Of a stretch of DNA of 64,000 nucleotides, positions 63,772 through 64,000 are shown in pieces. Location of the stretch: assembly GCA_905178155.1 (NCBI GenBank), contig CAJINV010000033.1:85891-149890 (forward strand), written 5' to 3'. Within the stretch, counting starts at the first letter, position 1, and the number at the start of each line of letters is the position of its first letter. The DNA is from Amoebophrya sp. A120. Taxonomy: Eukaryota; Protista; Dinoflagellata. A program made the translations under genes and the position numbers. The notes beneath the pieces are model-generated. The model saw nothing but the letters and a program-made list of their open reading frames with translations. It had not been told where the DNA came from and searched no databases.

Positions 63772-64000
63772 TATGCATTGCAAATATCAATCTGGGTCTG
63801 GAAGATTGCCGGGTTTGTCATGCCTATTTTGCATAACCCATGACGTCTGGAGTAATGCATGCCCTTGCGGCACAGATTTTTTTTAGAGGGCTTCGTGATA
63901 CCTCTAGGGCATGAGAAATAATGCCATCCCCGCGTAAAGCACCATCTGGACTCTTCTTGGTGGTTAGCAACAGCACAATTTTTTTTAGGATCCAAAGACA
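63772..64000. mobile_element. Introner, family A (42558-type interior), truncated by the window end
   Basis: TATGCATTGCAAAT..CTGGGTCTGGAAG left TIR; interior similar to 42558-42819. Confidence 0.8.

Noticed and set aside
1-64000. CRISPR array, rRNA, tRNA, autonomous transposase or spliced-leader relic
   Set aside because: No regularly spaced repeat-spacer array, recognisable RNA gene, DDE or RT ORF, or dinoflagellate SL 22-mer was seen by eye; a weak hit could have been missed.

Overview
Eukaryotic protist genomic DNA, most likely the parasitic dinoflagellate Amoebophrya (Syndiniales). This is inferred from the gene architecture, not from a database search. About nine protein-coding genes all lie on the + strand: SDA1, DAD1/OST2, an Avt3/4-like amino-acid transporter, a TrpF-like TIM-barrel protein, a large Cys-motif surface protein, an unknown gene, a DnaJ-domain protein, a ~25 kb IP3-receptor-family Ca2+ channel, and the start of an N-acylated protein. 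The dominant feature is a swarm of more than 40 MITE-like 'introner' elements of 115-1160 bp inserted into coding sequence. They begin with TAT and end with ATA, and carry family-specific terminal inverted repeats (about 10 families) plus a shared TGT(C/A/G)ATGC motif. Each is flanked by a 5-bp direct repeat. Where checked, removing the element plus one repeat copy restores the reading frame, yet no register gives GT-AG. One family is inserted in both orientations. Ordinary GT-AG introns coexist in the same genes. Further points: nested insertions inside introners, an IP3R with an altered pore motif and lost zinc-finger ligands, and a 3.2 kb identical duplication across a 100-N gap that is probably an assembly artefact.
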